A stretch of 64,000 bases of DNA from a virus, in the IMG/VR virus record IMGVR_UViG_3300024262_000018, positions 1 to 64,000 of that record. One strand, 5' to 3'. Each line of letters begins with the position of its first letter. Position 1 is the stretch's first letter. The notes beneath the pieces were generated by a model. The model was not told the origin of the DNA, did not search any database, and saw only the letters and a program-made list of their open reading frames with translations. Below, piece by piece: positions 1 to 10,198 of the stretch. Both the position numbers and the translations under genes were made by a program.

Positions 1-231
1 ATTCATACTGCTGCCTGGGTCATCGAACAGTCCCGCCGTCATATCCACCGTAAGACTGCCCGTGCCCTGGAACGTCAGAGACGCCAGCGAACCCGTTGCT
101 GGAATGCGAGCATCCATAGCAATCGCGTGACCGGTAGCGATAATAGCGTCGTCTGTATCCGCTGGCGCAACGCCACCAACCCATGTGGCCCCCACACTAT
201 AATTACCACTTGCGTTTGATGTAATCGCCAT
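1..231 (-). CDS. N-terminal part (runs off window) of a probable virion fibre/beta-rich protein; not in the ORF track
   Basis: ATG at 231, open frame MAITSNASGNYSVGATWVGGVAPADTDDAIIATGHAIAMD...; the SG-x-S-x-ATW-GG-x-P-x-DD-x-I-x-GH start is typical of G8-like/beta-helix surface proteins; segment is GC-rich. Confidence 0.65.
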   Translation of the reverse strand, partial: MAITSNASGNYSVGATWVGGVAPADTDDAIIATGHAIAMDARIPATGSLASLTFQGTGSLTVDMTAGLFDDPGSSMN

Positions 232-342
232 GCCTTACACCTCTTCCGCCTTGCCCGTCGCGGCCAGCACCAGCGCCCGCGCCCGCATCTGGTCTTTGAG
301 CGTCTCATTTTTAAAATAATTTAAGAACATATTTTCTCCTTT

Positions 343-828
343 TTATGAAACTTTTTCTTCTTCAGTAATAATATTTGCTTCTTTATTTACAATTGCTACT
401 ATAGCATCTTTAGTTGTTTGATCAAATGTAACATTTTTATCTATCGCTGTAAGTATTTTCTCCGCAACAGTTTTATCTACAAGTTCTTTAGCAGCAAGTG
501 CAGCAGATTGTTCAGCTACCCATATAGCCTTACTATCAGCACTCAAATCTTTTTCCCATTTAGCAGCAACAATAACAAATCCAGCAGGAATAGCTGTTTT
601 TATTATAGTCCAAGCAGCTTCGGCAGCAGCATCATCTAAACAGGAACCTGTTATTATTATTCTTACTTCACGTTTTTCGCCAGTAGAAAGAAGAGTTTTT
701 TTCCAAGGAGCAGCAACTGTTCTAAATCCATCTGGAAGAACTGCTATAATAGCATCTACAGCAGCCTGAGCTACTGTTTCTTCTGTTGTATTCCCTACTA
801 TAACTGCTTTAAATCTTTGCATAAACAA
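343..828 (-). CDS. hypothetical protein with two internal repeats
   Basis: AAVDAIIAVLPDGFRTVAAPWKKTL / AAWTIIKTAIPAGFVIVAAKWEKDL; SD AAGGAG upstream. Confidence 0.7.
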   Translation of the reverse strand: MFMQRFKAVIVGNTTEETVAQAAVDAIIAVLPDGFRTVAAPWKKTLLSTGEKREVRIIITGSCLDDAAAEAAWTIIKTAIPAGFVIVAAKWEKDLSADSKAIWVAEQSAALAAKELVDKTVAEKILTAIDKNVTFDQTTKDAIVAIVNKEANIITEEEKVS

Positions 829-918
829 ATACTCCTTAATCTATAAATTTTTGCGCGAAAAATATCTTTTTCTAATAATTTATTACTTCTCTAAATGAAA
901 TAATCCTTTAAAAAGTTT

Positions 919-1722
919 TTATTTCTTTAGGCTAATTAAATCAGGATATACGCTCTTATATGAGATGCTTAATGATTTTTTCTTACGTCTTGAGCATATT
1001 GCCCCAACTACAGACGCAAAAACAAATGGAGATGCCTCTCTGGGCAAAAGTCGGGCATATTTATGTACTCCATAAGGAGATGTAATTTTTAGGCTTTTCG
1101 GATAAGACATGACTACTAAATTCTTTTTTTCTTCTATAATCGACCAGATCTCATCTTTTACCGTATCAGTACGAACTCCCAGAACATAATCTGTGTTTAA
1201 AATATCCAAGTCGCTATCATTTTTATCGATAGGCATAACTACAATAATGCCCAATTTATTTATTTTCTGTAAAATCTCTTGGAAGTCTGGCAAACATTCA
1301 TTTTGGATACTACAAGGAAGAACTACAATATTTACTTGTTTTATACAAGCCCAAATAAACCCAGAAAGCAAAGAAGATATTAGAATATTTCCTTTATTAT
1401 CTATTACTTTTGGAAAAACGACTTCTGCATCTGGCAATAGTCCAAAATCTTCTCCGGTAATAAGTCCTGCCCCAATAGTCGAAAAATTAATAACATCGAT
1501 CATTGGGTCTTTTTCTGATGTAAAATTTTCGAATATAGACACTTTTGGTATTTTATCGTGAGATGGAAAACCTGACCCGAAAACACAGACTGTAATACCT
1601 TCTCCTTGACATCTTTTTGATATTCCAAAAGAGCTTACATGCAAATCTTTATCTGCCTCGGCCTTATCGGTAATTCGGCTAGGACTTATTCTATTAATTT
1701 TTCCTAATTTGATTTCTTGCAT
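919..1722 (-). CDS. subtilisin (S8)-like protein with degenerate catalytic triad
   Basis: GEGITVCVFGSG (cf. GxGVxVAVIDTG), FSTIGAGLI (cf. HGTHVAGII), KVIDNKG, REASPFV (cf. GTSMATP). Confidence 0.7.
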   Translation of the reverse strand: MQEIKLGKINRISPSRITDKAEADKDLHVSSFGISKRCQGEGITVCVFGSGFPSHDKIPKVSIFENFTSEKDPMIDVINFSTIGAGLITGEDFGLLPDAEVVFPKVIDNKGNILISSLLSGFIWACIKQVNIVVLPCSIQNECLPDFQEILQKINKLGIIVVMPIDKNDSDLDILNTDYVLGVRTDTVKDEIWSIIEEKKNLVVMSYPKSLKITSPYGVHKYARLLPREASPFVFASVVGAICSRRKKKSLSISYKSVYPDLISLKK

Positions 1723-1725
1723 AAA

Positions 1726-2445
1726 TTAAATTAAATGTTTAGGAACTCTAAACACACTCCCTTTTCCAAAAAATTCTAATTTAAAATTGAATTTAATAGT
1801 TTCTAAAAAATATATTTCTTTTCTCAATGCTAAAGCGATGTTCAACGAATATAAGTCATCTGTTATTATAGTATTACATCGGTTTATTTCATCTACCTTC
1901 TTAAAAAAGTTTTTCCTATATGGGATATTCCATAATCTTAGATCTTTTAAAGACAAGTTTGAATCAACAAAATCTTTTAATTTAATATTTGACATTGCTA
2001 GTCCGACTCTATTTGCTTTTGATCTATTTTGTGGATAATAATGTAATTCAAATCCTTCTCCGGCCCATTTAAGTCCAGCCAAGCTATAATATATTTGAAA
2101 AATATTACGTTCTGTTTCTTGATCATAATATAAAACTTTTTCATACTTAAAACTATCATCAGAGAAATTAAAGCCCACAGCCTTGTCATAAGAAATTTTT
2201 AGATTATTCTTATCAAAACTGGGGTGTAAATTTATCAATAAATCAAATTTTATATCCGAAAAATTATTAGGTAATTTATTTTTCAAATATATATTTTTAA
2301 CGCTTGGATTATATCTAAAAGGTGCTGCCGCATCTGTGTTGGCGACAAGAATAGATACACTATCATTCTTAAATCTCTTTAATAGGCTTGTAGAGATTAA
2401 ACACTCGTTAGTATTCCCATAATTGATTATTAGAATATTTCTCAT
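1726..2445 (-). CDS. GT9 (heptosyltransferase)-like protein, divergent
   Basis: NILIINYGNTNECLISTSLL, FDLLINL, INRCNTIITDDLYSLNIALALRK match the GT9 layout. Confidence 0.6.
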   Translation of the reverse strand: MRNILIINYGNTNECLISTSLLKRFKNDSVSILVANTDAAAPFRYNPSVKNIYLKNKLPNNFSDIKFDLLINLHPSFDKNNLKISYDKAVGFNFSDDSFKYEKVLYYDQETERNIFQIYYSLAGLKWAGEGFELHYYPQNRSKANRVGLAMSNIKLKDFVDSNLSLKDLRLWNIPYRKNFFKKVDEINRCNTIITDDLYSLNIALALRKEIYFLETIKFNFKLEFFGKGSVFRVPKHLI

Positions 2446-2451
2446 AAACTT

Positions 2452-3108
2452 TTACCCGCCAAGCAGATCATCTGTAATTAGGCTACCTTCATTATCGTTA
2501 GCTGAACCTCTCCCCAAAGATGTCGCAGAAAGGGCGAGAGGATTTCCATCTGACCACATATCCTCATCGGAATCCGATCCCTTTGTTTTTCCCTCTCTCT
2601 TCTGTTTTTCTACTTTAATTTTTTCTTGTTTCTTCATTTTTTCAGTATTTAAATAACCTTTAACAGATTGTATATCCTGTTGAGATAATATTTCGATTGT
2701 CCCGCTGTCTCTTAGTTTCTTCAGCGTAAGATTTTTATCGAGTACATTTTTCCCGAACTTAGCAAGAATATCATCTAACGGTTTAAAATCGTCTGGACCG
2801 TTAAAAGACAGATCTAGTGATTCTATTCTTATAACACCGCGCCCTGTAGATCTAATATATAGTGGCTCTTCATTTTCTATTGCAGATTGTAGACTATTTG
2901 TGTTTATCCCATTAACCATTTTAATAACATCTTTGCTATTAGTTCTAACTGCATTAGTTATATATAGTAGATCATTATCATCTCCAAGGACTTCTTTAAT
3001 TCTTTGTATTCCAGAAAACGGTATATTACTTACACCAGTTTCTGTATAAATTTCTACTACTCTACCCCTTACATTTAAAAATACTATTTTCATTTCAGTT
3101 TTCTCCAA
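2452..3108 (-). CDS. hypothetical protein
   Basis: 218-aa ORF overlapping the upstream glycosyltransferase. Confidence 0.7.
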   Translation of the reverse strand: MEKTEMKIVFLNVRGRVVEIYTETGVSNIPFSGIQRIKEVLGDDNDLLYITNAVRTNSKDVIKMVNGINTNSLQSAIENEEPLYIRSTGRGVIRIESLDLSFNGPDDFKPLDDILAKFGKNVLDKNLTLKKLRDSGTIEILSQQDIQSVKGYLNTEKMKKQEKIKVEKQKREGKTKGSDSDEDMWSDGNPLALSATSLGRGSANDNEGSLITDDLLGG

Positions 3109-4472
3109 ACTTGTTCCAGCCTAGCGTAAGCCATTTTAGAAACATTTTCTATACTATAATTTTCTTTTACATATTCCTGCAAGATTTTATTTCTATCATC
3201 TCTTTCTTCAAAAACTTTTCTCATAATTTTTTGAGCATCTGCGATGACTTTTTCAGAAGTCAATTCTGGAAATAGTTGCCCATCCCAGTAATGAACATCC
3301 ATTAATCCTTGTGGTAAAGGACTTACACTATCTATATCGATTAAATATGAATTATTATTTTTCAAAAACATCGTATGACCGCTGTGGTTAGTGCAAATAA
3401 CAGGTAAACCGCAAAGAGAAGCCTCACAGGCTGGAATGTTAAAACCCTCGCCTCTCGAAAAAAGTGCAAAGGCATTAGCCGACCTATACAGACTTGCCAT
3501 ATTATTTTCTGGAATTATATTTGAATATAAAGAGATATGAGGAGTATTCTCTGGTGCATATCTACTAATATAATCTTTAATAGTCTTTTTTATTCCTACA
3601 TTTTTATTAGTATTATAATTTACCCTTGTCGCCAGCAGCAAAGACACATCATCTTGACTATTAAACTCTCGCAGATAAGCTTTAAGTAGTACATCGTATC
3701 CTTTTCTATAACTCCACCCAAAAACGCTTAAAAATGTAAAATTACCGAGCGGAGGATTAAATTGGAATTTATCACCATTCGGTTGATAATCAGTAATATT
3801 AATCGAGTCTGGAATAACGAATATTGGTCTTTGTATATTATATTTATCCAATATTTCTTTACAAAAATCCGAGGCCACCCAAATCTCATTATAACTGTTG
3901 CAGATATCTACAAATTGTTGCGGGATAGAACTTGCTTCAATCGTCGTATATAAAATTCTATAAGCCCCACCTGACATATTACTAAAAGTGGGAATCATAC
4001 TATCAATAACAATTGCAGACCTACTTACTGTTTTATTTATTTTATTTAATGCTCGAATTTCATCTTCTTCAAGATTATTAAAAGACTTGTTTACGGGATC
4101 TAACTGGACTTTACATCCTAATTTATTTAAACCAAACGCCAAATTTCGATTAACTTTTGCATATCCACCCGCTTCGTACATATGTCCACATATTTTAACT
4201 TCTATTGCGTCATCTTTTTCTGGAAGTTTTTCTTCTTCTACTTTTTTTATAGGAACCTTATATTGATCTTGCATATTGGTTAAATTTTTTTCAAAAACGG
4301 TATCGTCATGTTCTACAATCTGGAATTTACCTAATTTAACTAATAGTCTAAAGTTATCCGATTTTTTTACTAAATCGGCATTGACAGTCTGGGGTTCATC
4401 TTCGATATAAGGAACAACTAAATCGATATCTCCAACGACAACAGTATTTTTAGTTGTATTTATAAATCTCAT
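3090..4472 (-). CDS. GT4-family (GT-B) glycosyltransferase with extra N-terminal module
   Basis: GGYAKVNR, FLSVFGWSYRKGYDVLLKAY, SRGEGFNIPACEASLCGLPVI (Ex7E motif). Confidence 0.9.
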   Translation of the reverse strand: MRFINTTKNTVVVGDIDLVVPYIEDEPQTVNADLVKKSDNFRLLVKLGKFQIVEHDDTVFEKNLTNMQDQYKVPIKKVEEEKLPEKDDAIEVKICGHMYEAGGYAKVNRNLAFGLNKLGCKVQLDPVNKSFNNLEEDEIRALNKINKTVSRSAIVIDSMIPTFSNMSGGAYRILYTTIEASSIPQQFVDICNSYNEIWVASDFCKEILDKYNIQRPIFVIPDSINITDYQPNGDKFQFNPPLGNFTFLSVFGWSYRKGYDVLLKAYLREFNSQDDVSLLLATRVNYNTNKNVGIKKTIKDYISRYAPENTPHISLYSNIIPENNMASLYRSANAFALFSRGEGFNIPACEASLCGLPVICTNHSGHTMFLKNNNSYLIDIDSVSPLPQGLMDVHYWDGQLFPELTSEKVIADAQKIMRKVFEERDDRNKILQEYVKENYSIENVSKMAYARLEQVWRKLK

Positions 4473-4478
4473 ATTATT

Positions 4479-4492
4479 ATTTTCGGCAAAAT
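4479..4492 (-). promoter_or_regulatory. ATTTTGCCGAAAAT motif (copy 1), putative -10 element
   Basis: near-identical copies at 9159-9172 and 13239-13252; 6 nt before the ATG at 4472. Confidence 0.6.
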
Positions 4493-4557
4493 TCTATTTT
4501 TTGTACAAAAAAAATACCCCTAAAAATCAGGAGTATTTTAATTTCGCGGTGAAATAT

Positions 4558-5334
4558 TTAATTTGGTGTTATTCTTTCGATATAGTCCCAACAGGCTTCC
4601 AGCATATCTTTCCACATTATATTTGATTCGTCTATTTCAGTTTCCCTACCAGACTTGTCCTGAATGCGTATATCCTCTACGAGAGGTTCTTGTCTATCTG
4701 GGTCATGATTATGCTTGTGCTGCCAACCTGGGCTTCCTGGAGTAAAATAGAATATGACAACGATATCGGACTCTGTTGGATCTATCTCATACGGCATATT
4801 CCATCTAAATGACAGTTTTTTAGAGCTAAGCCTTGCTACTTTTATATTTTCACTTGTTTCTGATTTTTTTCTGGGTTTATGCTTTTTAGGATTTATATCT
4901 TTTAGACATCTATCATATCTATTCTTGGCATCTTCGCTCCATTCTGAACGTTTATTTGTGCCTTCTTTTCCTCCGACACTTGTATTGCAGACAGCATATT
5001 CATTTACTTTTTTTGACTTTTTAGCAGACTTCAATAAATTGAAAAGGTTCTTGGCTTTTTTAGCCTTTTTGTCCTTCTCTATTTCTTTTTCCATTTTATC
5101 TAGTTTGTCATAATATTTTCCACCGTCTTTACCCTTTTTGTCACCAGATTCTTCTAAATGATCCATAACAATTTCTTTTGCTTTTTCAGGATCATCTGTA
5201 TGTTCTTTCTCAACCTTAACCCCTTTATCTATCTGATCTTTATCAAAGTCTTCAGGCTTATTTTTATCTGCTAATCCGCCTTTTATTTTATCTTTCCATT
5301 TCGCTGTTTTTAAAATTCTCATTTTTATCTCCAA
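4558..5334 (-). CDS. DUF5661-like protein
   Basis: IKGGLAD...GVKVEKEHTDDPEKAKEIVMDHLEE...YYDKL. Confidence 0.7.
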   Translation of the reverse strand: MEIKMRILKTAKWKDKIKGGLADKNKPEDFDKDQIDKGVKVEKEHTDDPEKAKEIVMDHLEESGDKKGKDGGKYYDKLDKMEKEIEKDKKAKKAKNLFNLLKSAKKSKKVNEYAVCNTSVGGKEGTNKRSEWSEDAKNRYDRCLKDINPKKHKPRKKSETSENIKVARLSSKKLSFRWNMPYEIDPTESDIVVIFYFTPGSPGWQHKHNHDPDRQEPLVEDIRIQDKSGRETEIDESNIMWKDMLEACWDYIERITPN

Positions 5335-5346
5335 AATAAAATTTTA

Positions 5347-8247
5347 TTAATGCCAGAAATAACCTTGCAATAAAACAGATACGATATAGATATTGCCGTT
5401 GTAAGTATCGCCAGTTGGACCTGGAGATCCAGCGGCCTGCCTTCGCAAAGCTAATACTATAGTATCACCCAAAATAGCATCTGGAATACTGAATTGTATT
5501 GTCGATTCATACACTTGTTCGGCAGTATTAGCCGTCGTTGTTACTGAGTCAGATTTTTCTTGCTCCGTATTCGCCCCATTAAGAACTGTTCCAACTTTAA
5601 TGGTGCCATATGTTAGATCAAGAACGACATCTCCAGACGCGACATCAGTGGTAGGAGCCCACCTTGTTTTAAACTCTAATGGTAATGAAGTATCAAGACC
5701 TTCTGGAATAGCAACTGTTTGACCAAAGCCGTCTGTTGTTCCATTAGCAAATTCATTATCCGTAACAACAAAACGAGCCACAGCACCATATGATATGTTC
5801 TCGTTAGCAGGCGATGCTCCTACCAGTTCTTGTTTATTTCCGATATGGACCTCAGGAAGCTTGCGAAGTTTCCTGGCTTTTCCCATGTACTCAACAAAAC
5901 CGTCTGCATTTATTTCTGTTCTGTTACTGTGAACTTTAAACTGCTCAAAAATAGGAACTGTAGTTACATCAGTCTTTACTCTAAATCTTACCCAAAATCG
6001 GTTGGTTCCTGTAGCCGGAGGATCATTTTTAGCCCAATCAAATCTAGTAGTATCAGTAAGGTCATCAAATCTTATTTGTTCTGAATTAACCCTTTCGAAT
6101 ATAAGATTAGAATATTCGGTATACGGAGAATTAGATAGACAAGACATTGTAGCATATTCAACCCACGATCCTCCTCCGGCTGTTCCATCCCAATATTCTG
6201 CAACTATTTCTCCAGCTCCAAGGACCGCAGCTGTTGTAATAGAGGCTTTAATCCCTAAAAATTGTTTATAATCAGTAGCGTCTTGCAAATCAGATGATAC
6301 ATAAATGGCATTATCTGCTGCAATTGCCGGGAACGTAAATGTTGATCCAGACGAGCTTGCGGCTTCTGTGCTAACGTTCGTAAACACATTGCCAGCAGTT
6401 TCGGTATAAACCAGCATACCGCGAATGTAACTATCTCCTTCGCCAAAAACCGATTCGCGGCCTCGTTCTGGAGAACCGACTTGTAATTCTTCATATAATA
6501 GAAGCCCTTCGTCTCCCTCTAATTCACTATCAAAGGATAAGTTTGTCGCTGAAGAGTCTACCCTAGAAATTTTGGTAGCCAAAAACTTACAGAACGCTAA
6601 ATTAATAGTGGAGGAAGCATCCTCTTGTAATATATCCCATGTCGATGATGCTCCCAGAGCATTCTCCCTAGAACTAACGGTATTTCCTAGAACCTTACTA
6701 GTATTATTTACCCTAATAATATTAGTCGTTCCCATGCAAGATGTTAAATGCGGATAAATTGCGCCACCATTATTGGCATAGATTCCATTAGTTCCTCCCT
6801 GTGTGCCACTATTCTGAATCCAAATATTGCCGCCGTCAGCATAAAAATGAGTAGTAGTGGCCTTCGACAGAATGTTACTGCAACTTATAGATGCACCATC
6901 AGTAGCTCGGATGCCCGTGATTACATCTGGCTTAAACTTCGATTCCTCAATTGTAAGCTTTGTCCCAGCCCCATCGGCATGTATACCTGACAAAGAATTT
7001 GTGCAAACAACACGAACAATTTCACCCTCATTTCCGCTATTCAGCAAAATAGCATCATTGTTAGCCGGACCACTTGTTCTTAGACTGTAAACTTGCGAGT
7101 CATCAGACATTGTCAATAAAACTGAAGCGTTATCATTAGCTTGAATGACAGAAGCCTCATCATTATACCCTTGTACCGTTACATAAGATGGGACAACTAG
7201 CGGATTATTTTCCACATATGTTCCAGGAGTTACTTCGATAACATATCTGTTGGTAGTACTCGCCTCGTCCGGACCTCCAGCATAACTGTTAATTTCGTCT
7301 ATAGCCTCTTCAACTGAGGCAAAAGTCGTGCCAGCAGAACCTGTTACTTGTGTTACGATTAAAACATTAAGATTAGCTTCTCCACCGACCTCAACGGCGG
7401 CGATGAGATTATTAACTTGATCTTTAGTATAAAAATCATAATTTTTCGGACTCACAAAAATAGAACCTTCTGTTGCCGAAGAGACGACTATTCTACCTAC
7501 TTTGTAAATAAATGAGTTCGGTTCGTCATCAGTAAGGGCTCCGGCAGTTGCAGCAGAAACCCATACATCTGCCCCAGCAGCAAAAGCTGAGGTATCTAGA
7601 TCATTAACAATTCCTAATGCGGTTATAAAGCCAGAAGTTCCATCTGCGATATGTTGTGTCGTCAACCCGGCAACAATATAAGTAGTTTCTGACGAAGCTT
7701 GGGCCAAAGCAACCGTTGGAAGCCCCGTGACAACATCTGCTCCGCTGATATAGACAGCCTGACCATCAACGAGATCAGATCCAGTGTCATTATAAACATA
7801 AACCCATTGTTCTTGCCCCACCTGCAAGGCTATGTCTGACTCGCTGTTATATACCGCTAAACATTTATTTACGGTGTCATAAAAAATCAGACCTTCTTCG
7901 TAGTCTGGATTAGCTGCTAAATCTGGATTTAATTTAAGAAAATCAAATGTTGTCTCGTCTTTTATTTCTTCTATAATACTTCTTTCTGCAACCGTAACAT
8001 AATCTGAACTTTCCACGTCTGTAGAACTATTATCTAAAATCTTTTGCATCGAGATAAAACCAGCAGTTAGAGCCATAGGAATCTGTTTACATTGTTGAAT
8101 TTCGTCTTTTTCGTAATATATTAGCAGGTCTACAGATTCACCAGATGAAATTGTTGGAAGTAGGGGTAATTCACCGAAGGCTAGTTCAGATAGGCTTATA
8201 TTAGTGAGTACCCATCGCTCTCTATTATTTTCGTTATTTATAGTCAT
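5347..8247 (-). CDS. multi-domain virion fibre/appendage protein (cement-like domain plus pectin-lyase-like beta-helix)
   Basis: VYNDTGSDLVDGQAVYISG...GLTTQHIADG...GIVNDLDTSAF module; TFASVEEAID...IEVTPGTYVE beta-helix cap; probable start MTINNEN. Confidence 0.7.
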   Translation of the reverse strand: MTINNENNRERWVLTNISLSELAFGELPLLPTISSGESVDLLIYYEKDEIQQCKQIPMALTAGFISMQKILDNSSTDVESSDYVTVAERSIIEEIKDETTFDFLKLNPDLAANPDYEEGLIFYDTVNKCLAVYNSESDIALQVGQEQWVYVYNDTGSDLVDGQAVYISGADVVTGLPTVALAQASSETTYIVAGLTTQHIADGTSGFITALGIVNDLDTSAFAAGADVWVSAATAGALTDDEPNSFIYKVGRIVVSSATEGSIFVSPKNYDFYTKDQVNNLIAAVEVGGEANLNVLIVTQVTGSAGTTFASVEEAIDEINSYAGGPDEASTTNRYVIEVTPGTYVENNPLVVPSYVTVQGYNDEASVIQANDNASVLLTMSDDSQVYSLRTSGPANNDAILLNSGNEGEIVRVVCTNSLSGIHADGAGTKLTIEESKFKPDVITGIRATDGASISCSNILSKATTTHFYADGGNIWIQNSGTQGGTNGIYANNGGAIYPHLTSCMGTTNIIRVNNTSKVLGNTVSSRENALGASSTWDILQEDASSTINLAFCKFLATKISRVDSSATNLSFDSELEGDEGLLLYEELQVGSPERGRESVFGEGDSYIRGMLVYTETAGNVFTNVSTEAASSSGSTFTFPAIAADNAIYVSSDLQDATDYKQFLGIKASITTAAVLGAGEIVAEYWDGTAGGGSWVEYATMSCLSNSPYTEYSNLIFERVNSEQIRFDDLTDTTRFDWAKNDPPATGTNRFWVRFRVKTDVTTVPIFEQFKVHSNRTEINADGFVEYMGKARKLRKLPEVHIGNKQELVGASPANENISYGAVARFVVTDNEFANGTTDGFGQTVAIPEGLDTSLPLEFKTRWAPTTDVASGDVVLDLTYGTIKVGTVLNGANTEQEKSDSVTTTANTAEQVYESTIQFSIPDAILGDTIVLALRRQAAGSPGPTGDTYNGNIYIVSVLLQGYFWH

Positions 8248-8321
8248 ATTTTTCTTTTTTCGTACAAAAAGCAACGGATTCCTATTATGTTGCGATTATA
8301 TTCTGTTTTTCCTTTAAAAAA

Positions 8322-9152
8322 TTATATATCAAGTAATAAAGTTTCTCTATTCATCGCCCGGAAAACAAGTTCTTCTTGAGAAATTTTTATAGTTAAATCT
8401 TCTTCGATATTACTAGTAAAAGCATAGCTTTCTGGTAGTAGTATTTTTCTTATATCATATTCGTTATTCTTCCTAAAAACCATAGTGAAATTGGGAATAG
8501 ACGCGATAATGCTTATCGAATTAGAAAAAGAAGGATTATGATAGAAACAGTCAGGCGTGTCAGTCGCTAAAGTCGCTGAACACCAGGGAGTGTCATATAT
8601 CTGAATAAAAGGTTTTCCAGAAAATACAGAAATATTAGCGTGTCTTAAAGCCAAAACCTCTGTTTTTTGTAATTTATTAGTTTTAAAAACTTTAGCAGGA
8701 TATTTTTTAATATTATCTTTTGGAAAAAAATCAGAAGTAATATAACAATCATCTTCTTCGCTAAATTGATAAGATGTATCTTCTGGACAAAGAGATTTGA
8801 TAAAAGAAAGAAAATTTTCATTTTCTTTTTTAATTAACTTATCTATAAGTCCCGTAATTATCGTTATTATATTTACTTTGTTCATCTCTAATTCCACTTT
8901 TGAAATCGAATAAGAGATGCAATTAGAAGAGGTTTCAATAGGTTTACTTGTTTCGAGAAAAATAGTATCGTTTTTATCACAGTCGAAGTAATAAACATCT
9001 TGCTGAGGGATGGGTGCTAGATAAAACTTATTTTTATCGATAATATCAACAGGGCAGATTTTGCGACACAATGATTGCGAATGTAGACTTTGACAGAAAG
9101 ATTTGCTCGCAACCTCAGAAATCCCCTCTATGTCTTTTAATTCGTTAATCAT
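8322..9152 (-). CDS. highly diverged paralog of the major capsid protein
   Basis: SLHSQSLCRKICPVD vs MCP SLEYQAVGRKLLMVD; IKKENENFL vs IQKEEDSNIF; SQEELVFRAMN vs IYEEVGIVVVN; similar length (276 vs 289 aa). Confidence 0.6.
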   Translation of the reverse strand: MINELKDIEGISEVASKSFCQSLHSQSLCRKICPVDIIDKNKFYLAPIPQQDVYYFDCDKNDTIFLETSKPIETSSNCISYSISKVELEMNKVNIITIITGLIDKLIKKENENFLSFIKSLCPEDTSYQFSEEDDCYITSDFFPKDNIKKYPAKVFKTNKLQKTEVLALRHANISVFSGKPFIQIYDTPWCSATLATDTPDCFYHNPSFSNSISIIASIPNFTMVFRKNNEYDIRKILLPESYAFTSNIEEDLTIKISQEELVFRAMNRETLLLDI

Positions 9153-9158
9153 ATTTAC

Positions 9159-9172
9159 ATTATCGGCAAAAT
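9159..9172 (-). promoter_or_regulatory. ATTTTGCCGATAAT motif (copy 2)
   Basis: 6 nt before the ATG at 9152, no SD. Confidence 0.6.
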
Positions 9173-9175
9173 GTA

Positions 9176-9644
9176 TTAATTTTTAACGGCTAAAACTATT
9201 TGATATGAGATAGCAACCGGCGGCCATTCCAATATTATTCCAGAGTTCTTCATTGTCTCTGTTAAATTGACGCCCTGAGCCTCGGGACAGCCAATAATTT
9301 TATAATCCCTATGTTGCCTCAAAAAAGACTTAATCTCGCTTCTCAAGGCTAATCTAGCTTCTCAAGGCTAATCTAGCAGTACCCTGCCAGTAAAGAACAC
9401 ATCGAACTTGTCGTTCTGACCAGTCTTTGTGTTTTAATCTCATTTTGTCAGTATGAGCTTTAAAATCAAATATATTATATATTGCGAAAACAGAGGAATA
9501 ATTGCTTTTAAAATGAGGAGCTTGAGGAGGGCAACCTTTCTTGACCCCGAAATTCGGGCAACCTTTTTTATGAAGAGGATATGGTTTAACACATAACCCC
9601 CTCATTTTTGAATCAATTACAGGTTTAACTTCAATCCACGGCAT
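9176..9644 (-). pseudogene. DUF2284-like metal-binding protein frameshifted by a 19-bp tandem duplication
   Basis: GCPNFG...GCPP N-terminal half; removing one repeat copy restores ...RSEIKSFLRQHRDYKIIGCPEAQGVNLTETM...WPP...KN*. Confidence 0.7.
9338..9375. repeat. exact 19-bp tandem duplication GCTTCTCAAGGCTAATCTA x2
   Basis: directly visible. Confidence 0.95.
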
Positions 9645-10164
9645 CTAATAATAACTCCTTAACTGCGTCTTTCCAGTACTCTAATGATGTGAAATTAAAT
9701 CCAATAGGATTTTCTTCTACTAATTTAATTAAACACTTATAGAATGCCAAACTGACGTTTTCTAGCCCCAATGTTTTTAAACTTATTAAAATTCTTGTTA
9801 TTCGTAGAAAATTATGATTTTTACCTGTCTGCCAATTTCCTTTTCTTTCCTCATAATTCTCACCTTTATAAATAAGAATATTAGAATTGTTTAAATCACA
9901 AGACAAACCATAAAAGTCTAACATAATTAAAAACGAAATCAATAAATTATGTCGAAGGCTTTTATTATTTTTAAATTGACTAATATCAGAAATTAATAAT
10001 TTAGGGGTAGATCTATTAAAATAGGAAGGTTCAATAATAGGAAATAGATATTGTATATAATCATGCGTATGCTCAAGCTCTTTATAGCTATATTTCCATA
10101 TATCTTCTATCGATCTTCCAGTATGATCGGGTTTTTCACTATAAAAATCGACTATTGCTGACAT
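9631..10164 (-). CDS. opioid growth factor receptor (OGFr) conserved-domain protein
   Basis: LEHTHDYIQYLFP, MLDFYG, NHNFLRITRILISL. Confidence 0.85.
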   Translation of the reverse strand: MSAIVDFYSEKPDHTGRSIEDIWKYSYKELEHTHDYIQYLFPIIEPSYFNRSTPKLLISDISQFKNNKSLRHNLLISFLIMLDFYGLSCDLNNSNILIYKGENYEERKGNWQTGKNHNFLRITRILISLKTLGLENVSLAFYKCLIKLVEENPIGFNFTSLEYWKDAVKELLLDAVD

Positions 10165-10198
10165 ATTATTTTCCCTTGTATTAATAATAGTGTACATA

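Noticed and set aside
75-308. 77-aa ORF in the track
   Set aside because: the alternative frame starting at 231 gives a recognisable protein start; this frame looks like a GC-rich shadow
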